From: Calditrichales bacterium
GTDB lineage: Bacteria > Calditrichota > Calditrichia > Calditrichales > J004
Length of the DNA stretch: 64,000 nt
Reading direction: 5' to 3'
Assembly: GCA_965267575.1 (NCBI GenBank)
Contig: OZ254086.1
Location: forward strand, 3,963,818 to 4,027,817
Shown: positions 40,476 to 49,702 of the stretch, in pieces
How the letters are laid out: every line of letters starts with the position of its first letter
Position numbering within the stretch: position 1 is the stretch's first letter
Position numbers and translations under genes: made by a program
Notes under the pieces: model-generated
What the model was told of the DNA's origin: nothing
What the model saw: the letters and a program-made list of their open reading frames with translations, nothing else
Database searches by the model: none

Positions 40476-40504
40476 AAAAAAAGGGACGCCGATTGACGTC
40501 CCTT
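40476..40504 (-). terminator. Rho-independent terminator of the RND efflux operon
   Basis: The AAGGGACG / CGTCCCTT stem (40481-40488 with 40497-40504) has an 8-nt loop. On the minus strand it is followed by a T7 run. It lies about 22 nt after the RND pump stop. It may also stop the convergent beta-helix gene, although it lacks a U-run in that direction. Confidence 0.7.
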
Positions 40505-40526
40505 CCTTAAACCTAAGAATTGTTTC

Positions 40527-43500
40527 TTATACTTTCTCCGGCTGCGCCATTGCTTTTTCTTTGCGCTCGGCAAGGTAATCCTGCCAGCGCTCGCTGATGC
40601 CTGTGAGCAGGCTGTACATTACCGGCACGACAACCAGCGTAAGCGCCGTGGCAAAAAGCAATCCGAAAATTACCGCAACGCCCATGTTGGACCACCACTC
40701 CGAGCTTTCCGCGCCAAACTCTATCACTTTGCGAAAATCAAGAGAGAGGGCGCCGATAAAGTCGATGTTGATGCCGGCCGTCAGCGGTATCAGGCCTAAG
40801 ATCGTGGTAACGGCCGTCAGGATAACCGGACGCATACGCACTTTCCCGCCGCGGATGATCGCTTCCATTTTATCCAGGCCGCGTTCACGAAGCTTCTGGA
40901 TATAGTCGATCAAAACAATGGCATTGTTCACCACAACGCCGGCCAGCGAAATGATACCGATTCCGGTCATGATGATACCGAACGGCTCACCCGTTACCAG
41001 CAATCCGAAGAAGACACCAAAAAAAGACAAGATGACCGAGATCATAATAACGATCGGCAGCATTACCGAGTTGAACTGGCTGACCAGCACGAAGAAAATC
41101 AGGAAAAGCGCGATAAGAAAGGCGCTGGTTAAAAAGTCCATATCCTTCTGCTGTTCCACATCCTGCCCGGCAAAACGAATGCTGTATCCTTCCGGCGCTT
41201 CGTAGCCCTCCAGCCGGTCTTTTACGTCATTCAATACTTCCGCGGAAGAACGGCCCAGTGCTTCCCCGGTTATCGTTACCACGCGGTCATTGTCCACATG
41301 GTTTACGCGGGTAAGCCCCGATCCCAGATCGATGCTGGCAAAGTTGGCCAGCGGATAATGCTTGCCCTCGTGAAAGATCGTCAGGTCCAGGATATCCGAG
41401 TAATTATTGCGGAACGGTTCGGCAAAGCGAACGGTGATATCGTATTCATCCTGGCCGACCCGGTATTGCGAAGCCTCCGTACCGTTTATGGCCGTACGGA
41501 TTGTATTGGCGATCTGCTGCGTATTCAATTCCAGCCGTGCCGCCTTTTCGCGATCAATGCGAATAGTCAGTTCGGGCTTGCCCACTTCGTAGTTGTCCTG
41601 CAGCTTGGTCAGCCCCGGCACATCACGGATCATCTTTTGCAGCTCGGTGGAAATGGCGTCCAGCGTTGTAAAATCCTCACCCTTGATCTGGATCTCGACG
41701 GCGGCGCCGGTCGGCGGCCCTTCCTGCGGTTTGGTCACGTCGATTTTAGCGCCGGGGATATCGGTCAGCTCGGCAGCCACCTGCTCCAGCGTTTCAAAAG
41801 AGTTCTGCTCGCGTTCGTAGCGCTCAACAAATTCGATGGTCACGCGCGATTTATGCGGAGATCCGGAGCCACCCCCGAAGTCCATCATATTGCTCTGGTT
41901 GCCGACGTCTGCCACAAAATAACGCATGTCCGGCGTATCCTTAATGCGCTCCTCCACTTTTCTCACAATCCGATCGGATGCTTCCAAACGGGTGCCGTTG
42001 GGGGCGTCCACGTTAACCCAGGCCTGACGCGGCTCAATATCCGGAAAGTATTCCAGGCCGTGATTGAATACACCATAGACAAAAAACATCATGAAATAGC
42101 CGCCAAAAGCAATACCCAGCACAGTCCACCTGTGTGTCAGCGCCCAGCGCATGGTCTTGTCATACAGCGGTTCCAGGAAGCGCAAAAGCTTATCGCCAGG
42201 CAGGTTAACCATTTTGCTGTCAAGTTTCAGGTACCGGGCCGTTACCACGGGGTTAAACACCAAGCCCACAAAAAGTGATGACGACAATGTAACAATCAGC
42301 GTAATGGGCAGGTAGCGCATAAACTCGCCTACTATACCCGGCCAGAAGGCCAGCGGCGCAAAAGCGCCCAATGTCGTAATCGTGGAAGCGACAACGGCCA
42401 TACCCACCTCGCCGGTACCGTCTTTGGCCGCCTGCAAAAGTGACTTGCCCTCTTCGTGATGCCGGTAAATATTTTCGATGATCACGATGGCGTTGTCCAC
42501 GAGCATACCCAGGGCCAGGATGAGGCTGAACAGCACCATCATATTTAGCGTGTAGCCAATGGCGCTGATCACGATAAAAGACATCAGCATGGAGAGCGGA
42601 ATAGCGATACCCACAAGAAAACCATTGCGCGCACCCATGAAGAAATAAAGCACCAACACAACCAGGATAAGACCGGAAATAATATTATTCTCCAGGTCAT
42701 TCACCATCGAGCGGATATCCTTGGACTGATCCGCCGTGATCACATATTCCGTTTGCGCCGGAAATTTTTGCGCTTCTTTCTCGAGAATAACCTTTACCTG
42801 GTCTGATATGGCAATGATGTTCTCACCGCTGCGTTTGATAATTGATAGCGTGACGCTGGGACGACCTGCCAAACGCGAATAGCTGTCTTCCTCCTTAAAG
42901 CCAAATTCGATATCAGCCAGGTCCTGCAGGTAGACAGGATTCTCGCCTTTCTGCTTTACAACGATGTTATTTAGTTCGCGCACATCGTCAAACTCACCGG
43001 GAATGCGCACCGAAAAGCGCAGGTCGCCGCCGTCGATAGAACCACCCGGAGTCGTCAGGTTTTCCTGGCGAATAGCGTCGATCACATCGACCGTGCCGAG
43101 ATTGTAATACTGCATGCGGTTGGCATCCAGCTTCACCTTGACCTCGCGCTCCAGCCCGCCGGTGATGTTAACTTCCAAAACACCGGAAATCTGCTCGAAT
43201 TCATCCTGCAGGTCTTCAGCAATCTCCTTAAGCCGTACCAGTGACTGGTTGCCCACAATACTCACCAGCATGATGGGGATATTCTCAAAATTGACCTCCT
43301 CCACCATCGGCTCTTCGATATCGTCCGGCAGCTCGGGCCGCGCCTGGTCCACTTTTTCGCGCACCTTGCGCACCGCCTCGTCTATATCAATGTCCGATTC
43401 AAATTCAACTATGACATTTGTATAGCCTTCGAGGCTGCTCGAGGTAAGCTTTTTAATTTTTGTGATTTCTTTGATCTCTTTTTCAAGCGGATTGGCTACA

Positions 43501-43685
43501 AGGGTTTCCATATCCTCCGGGGAAACGCCCACATAGGGTACCGCAACAACCACAACCGGCTGCTTGATTGACGGGAACGACTCGACCGGCAGGCCGACAT
43601 AGGACATCAGACCGGCCAGCGTTACAATCACAAGCAAAACAAAAACCGATGTGCGGAACTTTAGTGCAAGATTAGTTATCTTCAT
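40527..43685 (-). CDS. RND (AcrB/HAE1 family) efflux pump inner-membrane transporter
   Basis: 1052 aa with 12 TM segments and two large periplasmic loops. The N-terminus (KFRTSVFVLLVIVTLAGLMSY) and the conserved DNAIVIIENI and VVNNAIVLIDY blocks are typical. Confidence 0.93.
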   Translation of the reverse strand: MKITNLALKFRTSVFVLLVIVTLAGLMSYVGLPVESFPSIKQPVVVVAVPYVGVSPEDMETLVANPLEKEIKEITKIKKLTSSSLEGYTNVIVEFESDIDIDEAVRKVREKVDQARPELPDDIEEPMVEEVNFENIPIMLVSIVGNQSLVRLKEIAEDLQDEFEQISGVLEVNITGGLEREVKVKLDANRMQYYNLGTVDVIDAIRQENLTTPGGSIDGGDLRFSVRIPGEFDDVRELNNIVVKQKGENPVYLQDLADIEFGFKEEDSYSRLAGRPSVTLSIIKRSGENIIAISDQVKVILEKEAQKFPAQTEYVITADQSKDIRSMVNDLENNIISGLILVVLVLYFFMGARNGFLVGIAIPLSMLMSFIVISAIGYTLNMMVLFSLILALGMLVDNAIVIIENIYRHHEEGKSLLQAAKDGTGEVGMAVVASTITTLGAFAPLAFWPGIVGEFMRYLPITLIVTLSSSLFVGLVFNPVVTARYLKLDSKMVNLPGDKLLRFLEPLYDKTMRWALTHRWTVLGIAFGGYFMMFFVYGVFNHGLEYFPDIEPRQAWVNVDAPNGTRLEASDRIVRKVEERIKDTPDMRYFVADVGNQSNMMDFGGGSGSPHKSRVTIEFVERYEREQNSFETLEQVAAELTDIPGAKIDVTKPQEGPPTGAAVEIQIKGEDFTTLDAISTELQKMIRDVPGLTKLQDNYEVGKPELTIRIDREKAARLELNTQQIANTIRTAINGTEASQYRVGQDEYDITVRFAEPFRNNYSDILDLTIFHEGKHYPLANFASIDLGSGLTRVNHVDNDRVVTITGEALGRSSAEVLNDVKDRLEGYEAPEGYSIRFAGQDVEQQKDMDFLTSAFLIALFLIFFVLVSQFNSVMLPIVIMISVILSFFGVFFGLLVTGEPFGIIMTGIGIISLAGVVVNNAIVLIDYIQKLRERGLDKMEAIIRGGKVRMRPVILTAVTTILGLIPLTAGINIDFIGALSLDFRKVIEFGAESSEWWSNMGVAVIFGLLFATALTLVVVPVMYSLLTGISERWQDYLAERKEKAMAQPEKV

Positions 43686-43697
43686 CAGTTTTCCCGC

Positions 43698-44738
43698 TTA
43701 TTCCGTTACAATATTCAGTGTATCACCTTCAGTCAGTTCGCGCTGCCCGGTTACAACCAGGTCTTGTCCGGCCGCCAGGCCGCTCACCAGCACGCTGTCG
43801 TTATGGAAGGCTTCAATATTTACAATTTTCTTTTTGGCCACCATCTGATCGGCCAGAAAAACATAGCGTCCTTTTTCCGAATCGATTAAAGCGTCAATCG
43901 GGATAACAATGCCGTCGCTGAATTTCTGCTTCAGCAGGCGCACGTTGGCTATCATTTCCGGCGCCAGGCGATTGTCCACGTTGCCGAATTCCGTTTCAAT
44001 CTGAAAGGTGCGGCTCTGCGGATCAATGCTGCGCGAAACGAACGTAATATCACTATTGATTACCAGGTCCGGGTAGGCGTCAAAGGTCAACTGCACACGG
44101 GAGCCTTTACTTATAAAACGCATAAAACGTTCAGCCACGCCGGCGCTTACTTTGAGACGGCCGTTGTCAACAATCTCGTACATCGGCGAGCCTGGCGAGA
44201 TGAAAGCGCCCATATCGAAGTAGCGCGCGTTCACATAGCCGGCGATCGGCGCCCGAAGCGTAAGCTTGTCATAGCGCGCCTTGGCCAGTTCATAGGCGGC
44301 CTGCGCCCTTTCAAGGTTCAGACGCGATTTCTCAAATTCATTTTCAGAGATAGCGTTTTTCTCCGCCAGCACCTTGCTGCTGTTAAAATCCAGCTGCGCC
44401 TGATCACGCGCGGCACGCGCTTCCTGGTAGGACGCCTGCAGCACCTTGTTCTCGATGCGCGCTAAAACAGCGCCCTTTTGTACCATGGCGCCCTTATCAT
44501 GCTGCATTTCAACAACGATGCCGGACTCCTCTGCCACTACCTTAATCTGGTTGCGGGCTTTTACCACGCCTGTCAGATTGAGGTATTCTTCAAAAGCTGT
44601 TTTTTGCAGTGCTTTTGTTACGACCGGCAAGCCTGGGTTCGTTTTAGAATCGCTGTTTTCCGCTTTGCTGTCCTGCGAACAACTCCAGGCAAGCAACGCC
44701 AGTACTAATATGAGTAGGTAGATCTTCAGGGATTTCAT
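43698..44738 (-). CDS. RND efflux periplasmic adaptor (membrane fusion protein), lipoprotein
   Basis: I placed the start at the ATG at 44738 (MKSLKIYLLILVLALLAWSC), with GGAGG upstream. HlyD-type coiled-coil and beta-barrel regions follow. Confidence 0.88.
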   Translation of the reverse strand: MKSLKIYLLILVLALLAWSCSQDSKAENSDSKTNPGLPVVTKALQKTAFEEYLNLTGVVKARNQIKVVAEESGIVVEMQHDKGAMVQKGAVLARIENKVLQASYQEARAARDQAQLDFNSSKVLAEKNAISENEFEKSRLNLERAQAAYELAKARYDKLTLRAPIAGYVNARYFDMGAFISPGSPMYEIVDNGRLKVSAGVAERFMRFISKGSRVQLTFDAYPDLVINSDITFVSRSIDPQSRTFQIETEFGNVDNRLAPEMIANVRLLKQKFSDGIVIPIDALIDSEKGRYVFLADQMVAKKKIVNIEAFHNDSVLVSGLAAGQDLVVTGQRELTEGDTLNIVTE

Positions 44739-44751
44739 TTTGCCTCCAACC

Positions 44752-46080
44752 TTAAATAGTGTCAATCTCCTGCCACTGGCCTGATACCAATTGCCACTGG
44801 AAATATGCTTTTAAGTAGTTAAATCGTGCTGTCAGTAAGCTCACCTTGGCCTGGTCCAGAAAGACGCGGCTGTCTTTCACCTCAAGCTGTGTGGCCAGTC
44901 CGTTTTCAAGACGTGCTTCCGCTATATCAAATGCGCGGGTGGCTGCATCCACGCTCTTTTGCGCGGATTCGATCTCTTTGCGGGCCTCGCGCAGGCTAAG
45001 CATCACATTTTTGAGCTGCACACGGATTTGATCTTCCGTCTGGGAAAGCCGCGTATCGCTTTTGCGCACATCAATGCGGGCTTTCTGCACCTGTGCGTTA
45101 GTATATCCGCCGCTGAAAAGGGGGATATTCAGTCGCAGGCCCACCACGTAGTTGTCATAGTCGTTTTCAATTTTCAGCTCATCCGATCGCCCGGAATAGG
45201 TATAAGTAAAAGTGCCGGATAACGTCGGCAGGTGATTGGCAAATTCCAGGCTCACGTTTTTATCACGCAGATCGCGCTCCAGTTGCAGAGCGCGGAAGTC
45301 CAGGCGGTTTTCGAAAACCGATTGCAGATCCGGTTCATCCGGCATCGGCGGAATGCTTTCGTAGGCATCGCTCAACTCAATTTCTTCATCCAGCGGTATG
45401 TCCAGCATGGTTTTGAGATTGTTTACCGCCAGTTCATAATTTTTCTCAGCCGCCAGCGTTTTGGGGATGGCATTACGCCAGCGCACTTCCGCCTGCAGCA
45501 AATCAAACTCCGAAGTAACGCCGCTTTCGTAACGCGTCTTGGTCTCTTCGTAGTTTTCCAGGGCGCTTTGCTCAGACTCCGTCGTGACCTTTAAAATCTC
45601 ATGGGAGAGCAAAGCGTCGTAATAGGCTTCTTTCACCTTTGTCAAAATCGTCCGCCGCTGATGGTCATAATTCTGATTTGTAAAATCGTCAAACTTATAA
45701 GCTATTTGCAGAGCCTTGCCCACTTTATAACTCAGCAGCGTCTGCTCAAGCTTTGCCGTCAGCGAGTATTCATTCTTAAACGTAAAAGAAATTCTGTTCG
45801 AACCGCCAAAACCTTCATCCGCGTTGATAAAGAAAAAGGTCTCCTTAAGGTTTCGGCTGTAATTCACATCGGCCGTTACCAGAGGCAAAGCCGTGGACCA
45901 TGCTTCGCTGACCTGGGCATCGGCATAATCCAGTTCGGCCCGGGCAAGCTTCAGCTCATCATTGTTTTCCTCGGCCATTTTTAACGCACTGCTCAAACTC
46001 AAATCACGTGAGAAAACGATTGTTAAACCACCCAGGACAATCAGAACAACTGCTAAAAACAATCTATTTTCCGTTACCAT
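44752..46080 (-). CDS. TolC-family outer-membrane efflux protein
   Basis: 442 aa with a signal/TM at the N-terminus and two OEP repeats (ALLSHEILKV..., RLENGLATQLEV...). It is the first structural gene of the efflux operon. Confidence 0.85.
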   Translation of the reverse strand: MVTENRLFLAVVLIVLGGLTIVFSRDLSLSSALKMAEENNDELKLARAELDYADAQVSEAWSTALPLVTADVNYSRNLKETFFFINADEGFGGSNRISFTFKNEYSLTAKLEQTLLSYKVGKALQIAYKFDDFTNQNYDHQRRTILTKVKEAYYDALLSHEILKVTTESEQSALENYEETKTRYESGVTSEFDLLQAEVRWRNAIPKTLAAEKNYELAVNNLKTMLDIPLDEEIELSDAYESIPPMPDEPDLQSVFENRLDFRALQLERDLRDKNVSLEFANHLPTLSGTFTYTYSGRSDELKIENDYDNYVVGLRLNIPLFSGGYTNAQVQKARIDVRKSDTRLSQTEDQIRVQLKNVMLSLREARKEIESAQKSVDAATRAFDIAEARLENGLATQLEVKDSRVFLDQAKVSLLTARFNYLKAYFQWQLVSGQWQEIDTI

Positions 46081-46672
46081 GCATGTCTCCTTTCAAACCG
46101 CTAAGAATAAAGCGGATCACCGTTTTAATAATGATCGTAGCATCCTTTTTCTCTACCCTTCTTACCCAGTCCAGGTTGAGAAAACGCGTCATGTTCACAA
46201 TGCTGCGAACTGTCATTTCCAAGTTGTCAATTTTAAATTCACCGTTTTGCTGACCTTTTTGCAGGATGGGCCTTATTTTGTCGCCCTGCATTGTTTGGAT
46301 CGTTTCCGCAATCTGTGCGCCGTGAAAAGCGTGCTCACAAATAACATCCGGTACTTCGGGCATATCTCCTGCAATCCGGTTCATACCTTCGTATAGGATC
46401 ATGTAAAAGCGCTCCAGGCGTTCGGCGCAATTTTCGACATTGTTCAGCTTTTTTTCGATTGAAGTCATAAACGCAGAGGCCTCTTCCAGCAATATCTCCT
46501 GGAATAGCGACTGCTTATTGTCGTAATAATAATAGAGCGCCGGTTTGGTAAGACCACATTGCCGCGCTATGTCGGTCATATTGGTTTTATTAAAGCCAAA
46601 GTGCAGGAATAATCTGCGCGCTGCTTCCTTTATCTGTTTGCGCTTGCTATTATCAGTTACTGTATTTTCCAT
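46064..46672 (-). CDS. TetR/AcrR family transcriptional regulator
   Basis: The HTH reads IKEAARRLFLHFGFNKTNMTDIARQCGLTKPALYYYYDNK. Its stop overlaps the TolC start by 17 nt. The start is uncertain: ATG at 46672, ATG at 46681, or the track's TTG at 46714. Confidence 0.85.
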   Translation of the reverse strand: MENTVTDNSKRKQIKEAARRLFLHFGFNKTNMTDIARQCGLTKPALYYYYDNKQSLFQEILLEEASAFMTSIEKKLNNVENCAERLERFYMILYEGMNRIAGDMPEVPDVICEHAFHGAQIAETIQTMQGDKIRPILQKGQQNGEFKIDNLEMTVRSIVNMTRFLNLDWVRRVEKKDATIIIKTVIRFILSGLKGDMHGNGK

Positions 46673-46688
46673 AATTGCCATTTTATCT

Positions 46689-46716
46689 ATTTGACTATTT
46701 CCATAAAAGGTCAAAT
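46689..46716. promoter_or_regulatory. Candidate TetR operator (inverted repeat)
   Basis: ATTTGAC-N14-GTCAAAT (46689-46695 and 46710-46716) lies immediately upstream of the preferred TetR start, in the divergent region toward the namZ-like gene. Confidence 0.35.
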
Positions 46717-46843
46717 GTAAAGTATAAAACTTTAAAATTAAAAATTTTATTTGCCCGACTACGGGAGGATTTTCTTTTTGTTTTTAAAAAATATGTTTTT
46801 TATGTTTCATGGCAGTTAGTTCAACTAGTAAATTAACCGCCAC

Positions 46844-48139
46844 ATGCATAGCAAAATCCTTATCTCGTGCTGTGCCCTGATGCTTCTGATGGCTTGCAGG
46901 GCGCACAATCCCGTACCTGAATCCCCCGCTCCCCGAGAAACTGAAACAACCACCAAACCACCCAGCGAGAAAAAAGAAAAAATGGTCGTAAAAAGCGGTC
47001 TGGAAAATTTTCTTGCAAACCATCTCGACAAGCTGGCCGGTAAACGCGTTGGCCTGGTAACCAATCCCAGCGGCGTAAACCACAAGCTGGAAAGCAGCGC
47101 CGACCTCTTTTTTAAACACCCGGATATAAATTTAACGGCACTTTACGGACCGGAACACGGGATTCGCGGAGCAATCCACGCTGGCGAGCACGTGGAAAAC
47201 ATGACCGATCCCAAAACCGGGCTTCCCGTATACAGCCTTTACGGCAAAACGCGTAAACCGACAAAAGAGATGCTCGATGACGTGGATATCATGATCGTTG
47301 ATATTCAGGACGTCGGCGTGCGCAGCTACACATACATTTACACGATGGCCATGGTTATGGAAGCCTGCGCCAAACATGGCAAGCAGGTAATCGTGCTGGA
47401 TCGTCCTAACCCGCTGGGCGGCGCCATTGTGGAAGGAAATATTGTACATGAAGGCTTCTTTTCATTTGTAGGCCTTTATCCCCTGGCCTATCGCCACGGC
47501 ATGACCATTGGCGAACTTGCGCTGCTGTTCAACAGCGAGTACGATATAAACTGCGACCTGACCGTTATCCCGCTGCAAAACTGGGAACGTAACATGCTGT
47601 TCGATGAGACCGGTTTGCCCTGGGTGCCCACATCGCCGCACGTACCACATTGGGAAACAACCCTGCACATGTGCGCCACAGGCACATTCGGCGAGCTGCA
47701 TACGCTCTTCCATGGCGTGGGTTACACTTCGCCGTTTGAAATTGTTGGCGGGCCCTGGATAAAAGACGCCGATGCATACGCCAGGGCTTTGAACGATCTG
47801 AATTTGCCCGGCGTTATTTTCCGGCCGATAACATTTAAGCCTTACTACCTCTTTTATCAGGGCGAGGTGTGCCACGGTGCACAATTGCACATCACTGATG
47901 CCAAGGCTTTCCGGCCGTTTGTTGCCGGTTTGCATATTATGCAGGTAACCATGCGCATGTACCCCGATTACGATCTGTTTCAAAACACGAGGCGTGTGGG
48001 CAGTTTTAACAAGGTAATGGGTACCGACCGCATCATGGAGGATCTTAAAGGCGGCAAAGATGTGAGCACCATGCAGGAAGAATGGCAGGCGGAGCTGCAG
48101 GCATTTCTAAAAATCCGCGACAAATATTTATTGTATTGA
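46844..48139 (+). CDS. namZ: DUF1343 family lipoprotein (NamZ/YbbC-type exo-beta-N-acetylmuramidase family)
   Basis: 431 aa. A lipoprotein signal (MHSKILISCCALMLLMAC) is followed by the DUF1343 core (GLVTNPSGV, LYGPEHGIRG, DIQDVGVRSYTYIYTM, LDRPNPLGG). Confidence 0.8.
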   Translation: MHSKILISCCALMLLMACRAHNPVPESPAPRETETTTKPPSEKKEKMVVKSGLENFLANHLDKLAGKRVGLVTNPSGVNHKLESSADLFFKHPDINLTALYGPEHGIRGAIHAGEHVENMTDPKTGLPVYSLYGKTRKPTKEMLDDVDIMIVDIQDVGVRSYTYIYTMAMVMEACAKHGKQVIVLDRPNPLGGAIVEGNIVHEGFFSFVGLYPLAYRHGMTIGELALLFNSEYDINCDLTVIPLQNWERNMLFDETGLPWVPTSPHVPHWETTLHMCATGTFGELHTLFHGVGYTSPFEIVGGPWIKDADAYARALNDLNLPGVIFRPITFKPYYLFYQGEVCHGAQLHITDAKAFRPFVAGLHIMQVTMRMYPDYDLFQNTRRVGSFNKVMGTDRIMEDLKGGKDVSTMQEEWQAELQAFLKIRDKYLLY

Positions 48140-48154
48140 TGACAGGAGAACACA

Positions 48155-49702
48155 ATGCACCAAAACAGCATTTCTTTTTTGTGCTTTTACGATGAGCACG
48201 CCAAAAATAACCGGCAACAATTTGAAGAAACACTGCAAAGCATAAAAGACCAGCCCAACAGCAAAAGCCAAATCCTTATTTTAAATGACAGCGGAAGCGA
48301 TTTTAAAGCCGACGGCGCGGAAGTTTTGAAGCAATCTGCAGAAGCCACGCTGGGTGAAAGAATTAATGCGGCCCTTGATAAAGCGACCGGCGATTACGTC
48401 GTTTTGGCCGACAACCGAAACTGCGCAATCACTTTTAAAAGAGGCTTTACGGACCTGGCGGTGCTGGCCTGCTCGCGGCACAAAAGCCCGGGTATGGTTT
48501 ATGGTGATTACGAATTACACCAGGCAGGTAAAAAAGATGAAATACGTCTTCTGAAAAACCACATCGGCCGCGTGCGCGACAACCAGGATTTCGGGCGTGT
48601 TTTCTTTATGCCCGCCAAAGCGCTGAAGGCCGTAAATGGTTGTAATGCCGATCTTAAATTCAATACGCTTTACGACTTACGACTACGCCTTTCCCAAAAG
48701 CATGAGCTCATTCACGTGGCCAACCGCTACGCCGGGTCCCTGTACAGCGTTATCGCCGAGAGCAAAAAGCATAATGTTTTTGATTACCTGATGGCCGGCA
48801 AAGACAGTCAGCTGGAAGCCGAGGAAGTTTTGACCAAACATCTAAAAGCCATCGGCGGTTATCTGGCCCCCGGCGCCCATTATGGCAACCGGCCTCAACC
48901 GCCAAAAGATGCCGAACTCAACGCATCGGTGATCATACCGGTTAACAACCGCCCGGAATTCATCGGAACAGCCATTGAATCGGTGCAGGCCCAAACGGTT
49001 AAAGATGTGGAAGTGATTATTGTAGTCAATGGCGGAGAAGAGGATCCGACGATCAAGGCCGTAAAGCAATATATGAAAGGCGGATCGAAGTATGACGCCG
49101 GTAAGCCTGCCGTACAACTGTTGGTTTACAACATAAACAATCTGGGGCTTTGCCTTAATATGGGTGCCCATGCTGCCCGCGGACGTTACTACGTGCAGCT
49201 CGATTCCGATGACAGGCTGAAACCCGACGCCGTGGAAAAAATCCTGAAGGTTTATGATGACGATCCTAAAATCGGTATGGTGATTGGTTCTTATGAAGTG
49301 TGGGAGAAAAAGGCTGACGGCAGCATGGTGCGCAATGAAAGCGTTCCCGTGGTTACGCACGATGAATGGACCGAAGAAAACGGTCGCAACAACCTGCTGC
49401 GCATCAACGGCGCCGGCGCTCCCCGTTCCATTCCGATTGAACTGATTCGGCAGCTTGGTTTTTCCGTGAACGAAGAACCCTACGCGCGCAATTACGGCGA
49501 AGACTACGCCATGGTCTTGAGGCTCAGCGAGCAACACCGCATAGGCCGTGTTTGGGACGCCATTTATGATGTGGTGCGTCACGCCGGCGGCACGGACCAC
49601 AGCATTGACCAGGCTACGATTGACCGCAATGATGAGGCCAAAGACTTTATGCGTCGCGAAGCGATCGAAAGGCGCATCAGGCTGAATGGCGGAAAATCAT
49701 GA
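48155..49702 (+). CDS. Two-domain family-2 glycosyltransferase (degenerate N-terminal GT2-like half and canonical C-terminal GT2)
   Basis: 515 aa. The C-terminal half has VIIPVNNRPEFIGTAIESVQAQT...YYVQLDSDDRL (DxD). The N-terminal half has the same layout, but LADNRN replaces the DxD. AGGAGAA sits upstream of the ATG. Confidence 0.75.
   Translation: MHQNSISFLCFYDEHAKNNRQQFEETLQSIKDQPNSKSQILILNDSGSDFKADGAEVLKQSAEATLGERINAALDKATGDYVVLADNRNCAITFKRGFTDLAVLACSRHKSPGMVYGDYELHQAGKKDEIRLLKNHIGRVRDNQDFGRVFFMPAKALKAVNGCNADLKFNTLYDLRLRLSQKHELIHVANRYAGSLYSVIAESKKHNVFDYLMAGKDSQLEAEEVLTKHLKAIGGYLAPGAHYGNRPQPPKDAELNASVIIPVNNRPEFIGTAIESVQAQTVKDVEVIIVVNGGEEDPTIKAVKQYMKGGSKYDAGKPAVQLLVYNINNLGLCLNMGAHAARGRYYVQLDSDDRLKPDAVEKILKVYDDDPKIGMVIGSYEVWEKKADGSMVRNESVPVVTHDEWTEENGRNNLLRINGAGAPRSIPIELIRQLGFSVNEEPYARNYGEDYAMVLRLSEQHRIGRVWDAIYDVVRHAGGTDHSIDQATIDRNDEAKDFMRREAIERRIRLNGGKS

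Noticed and set aside
41298-42278. 326-aa plus-strand ORF inside the RND pump gene
   Set aside because: It is antisense to a strongly supported AcrB-family CDS. It has low-complexity composition and no start context. It is a shadow ORF.
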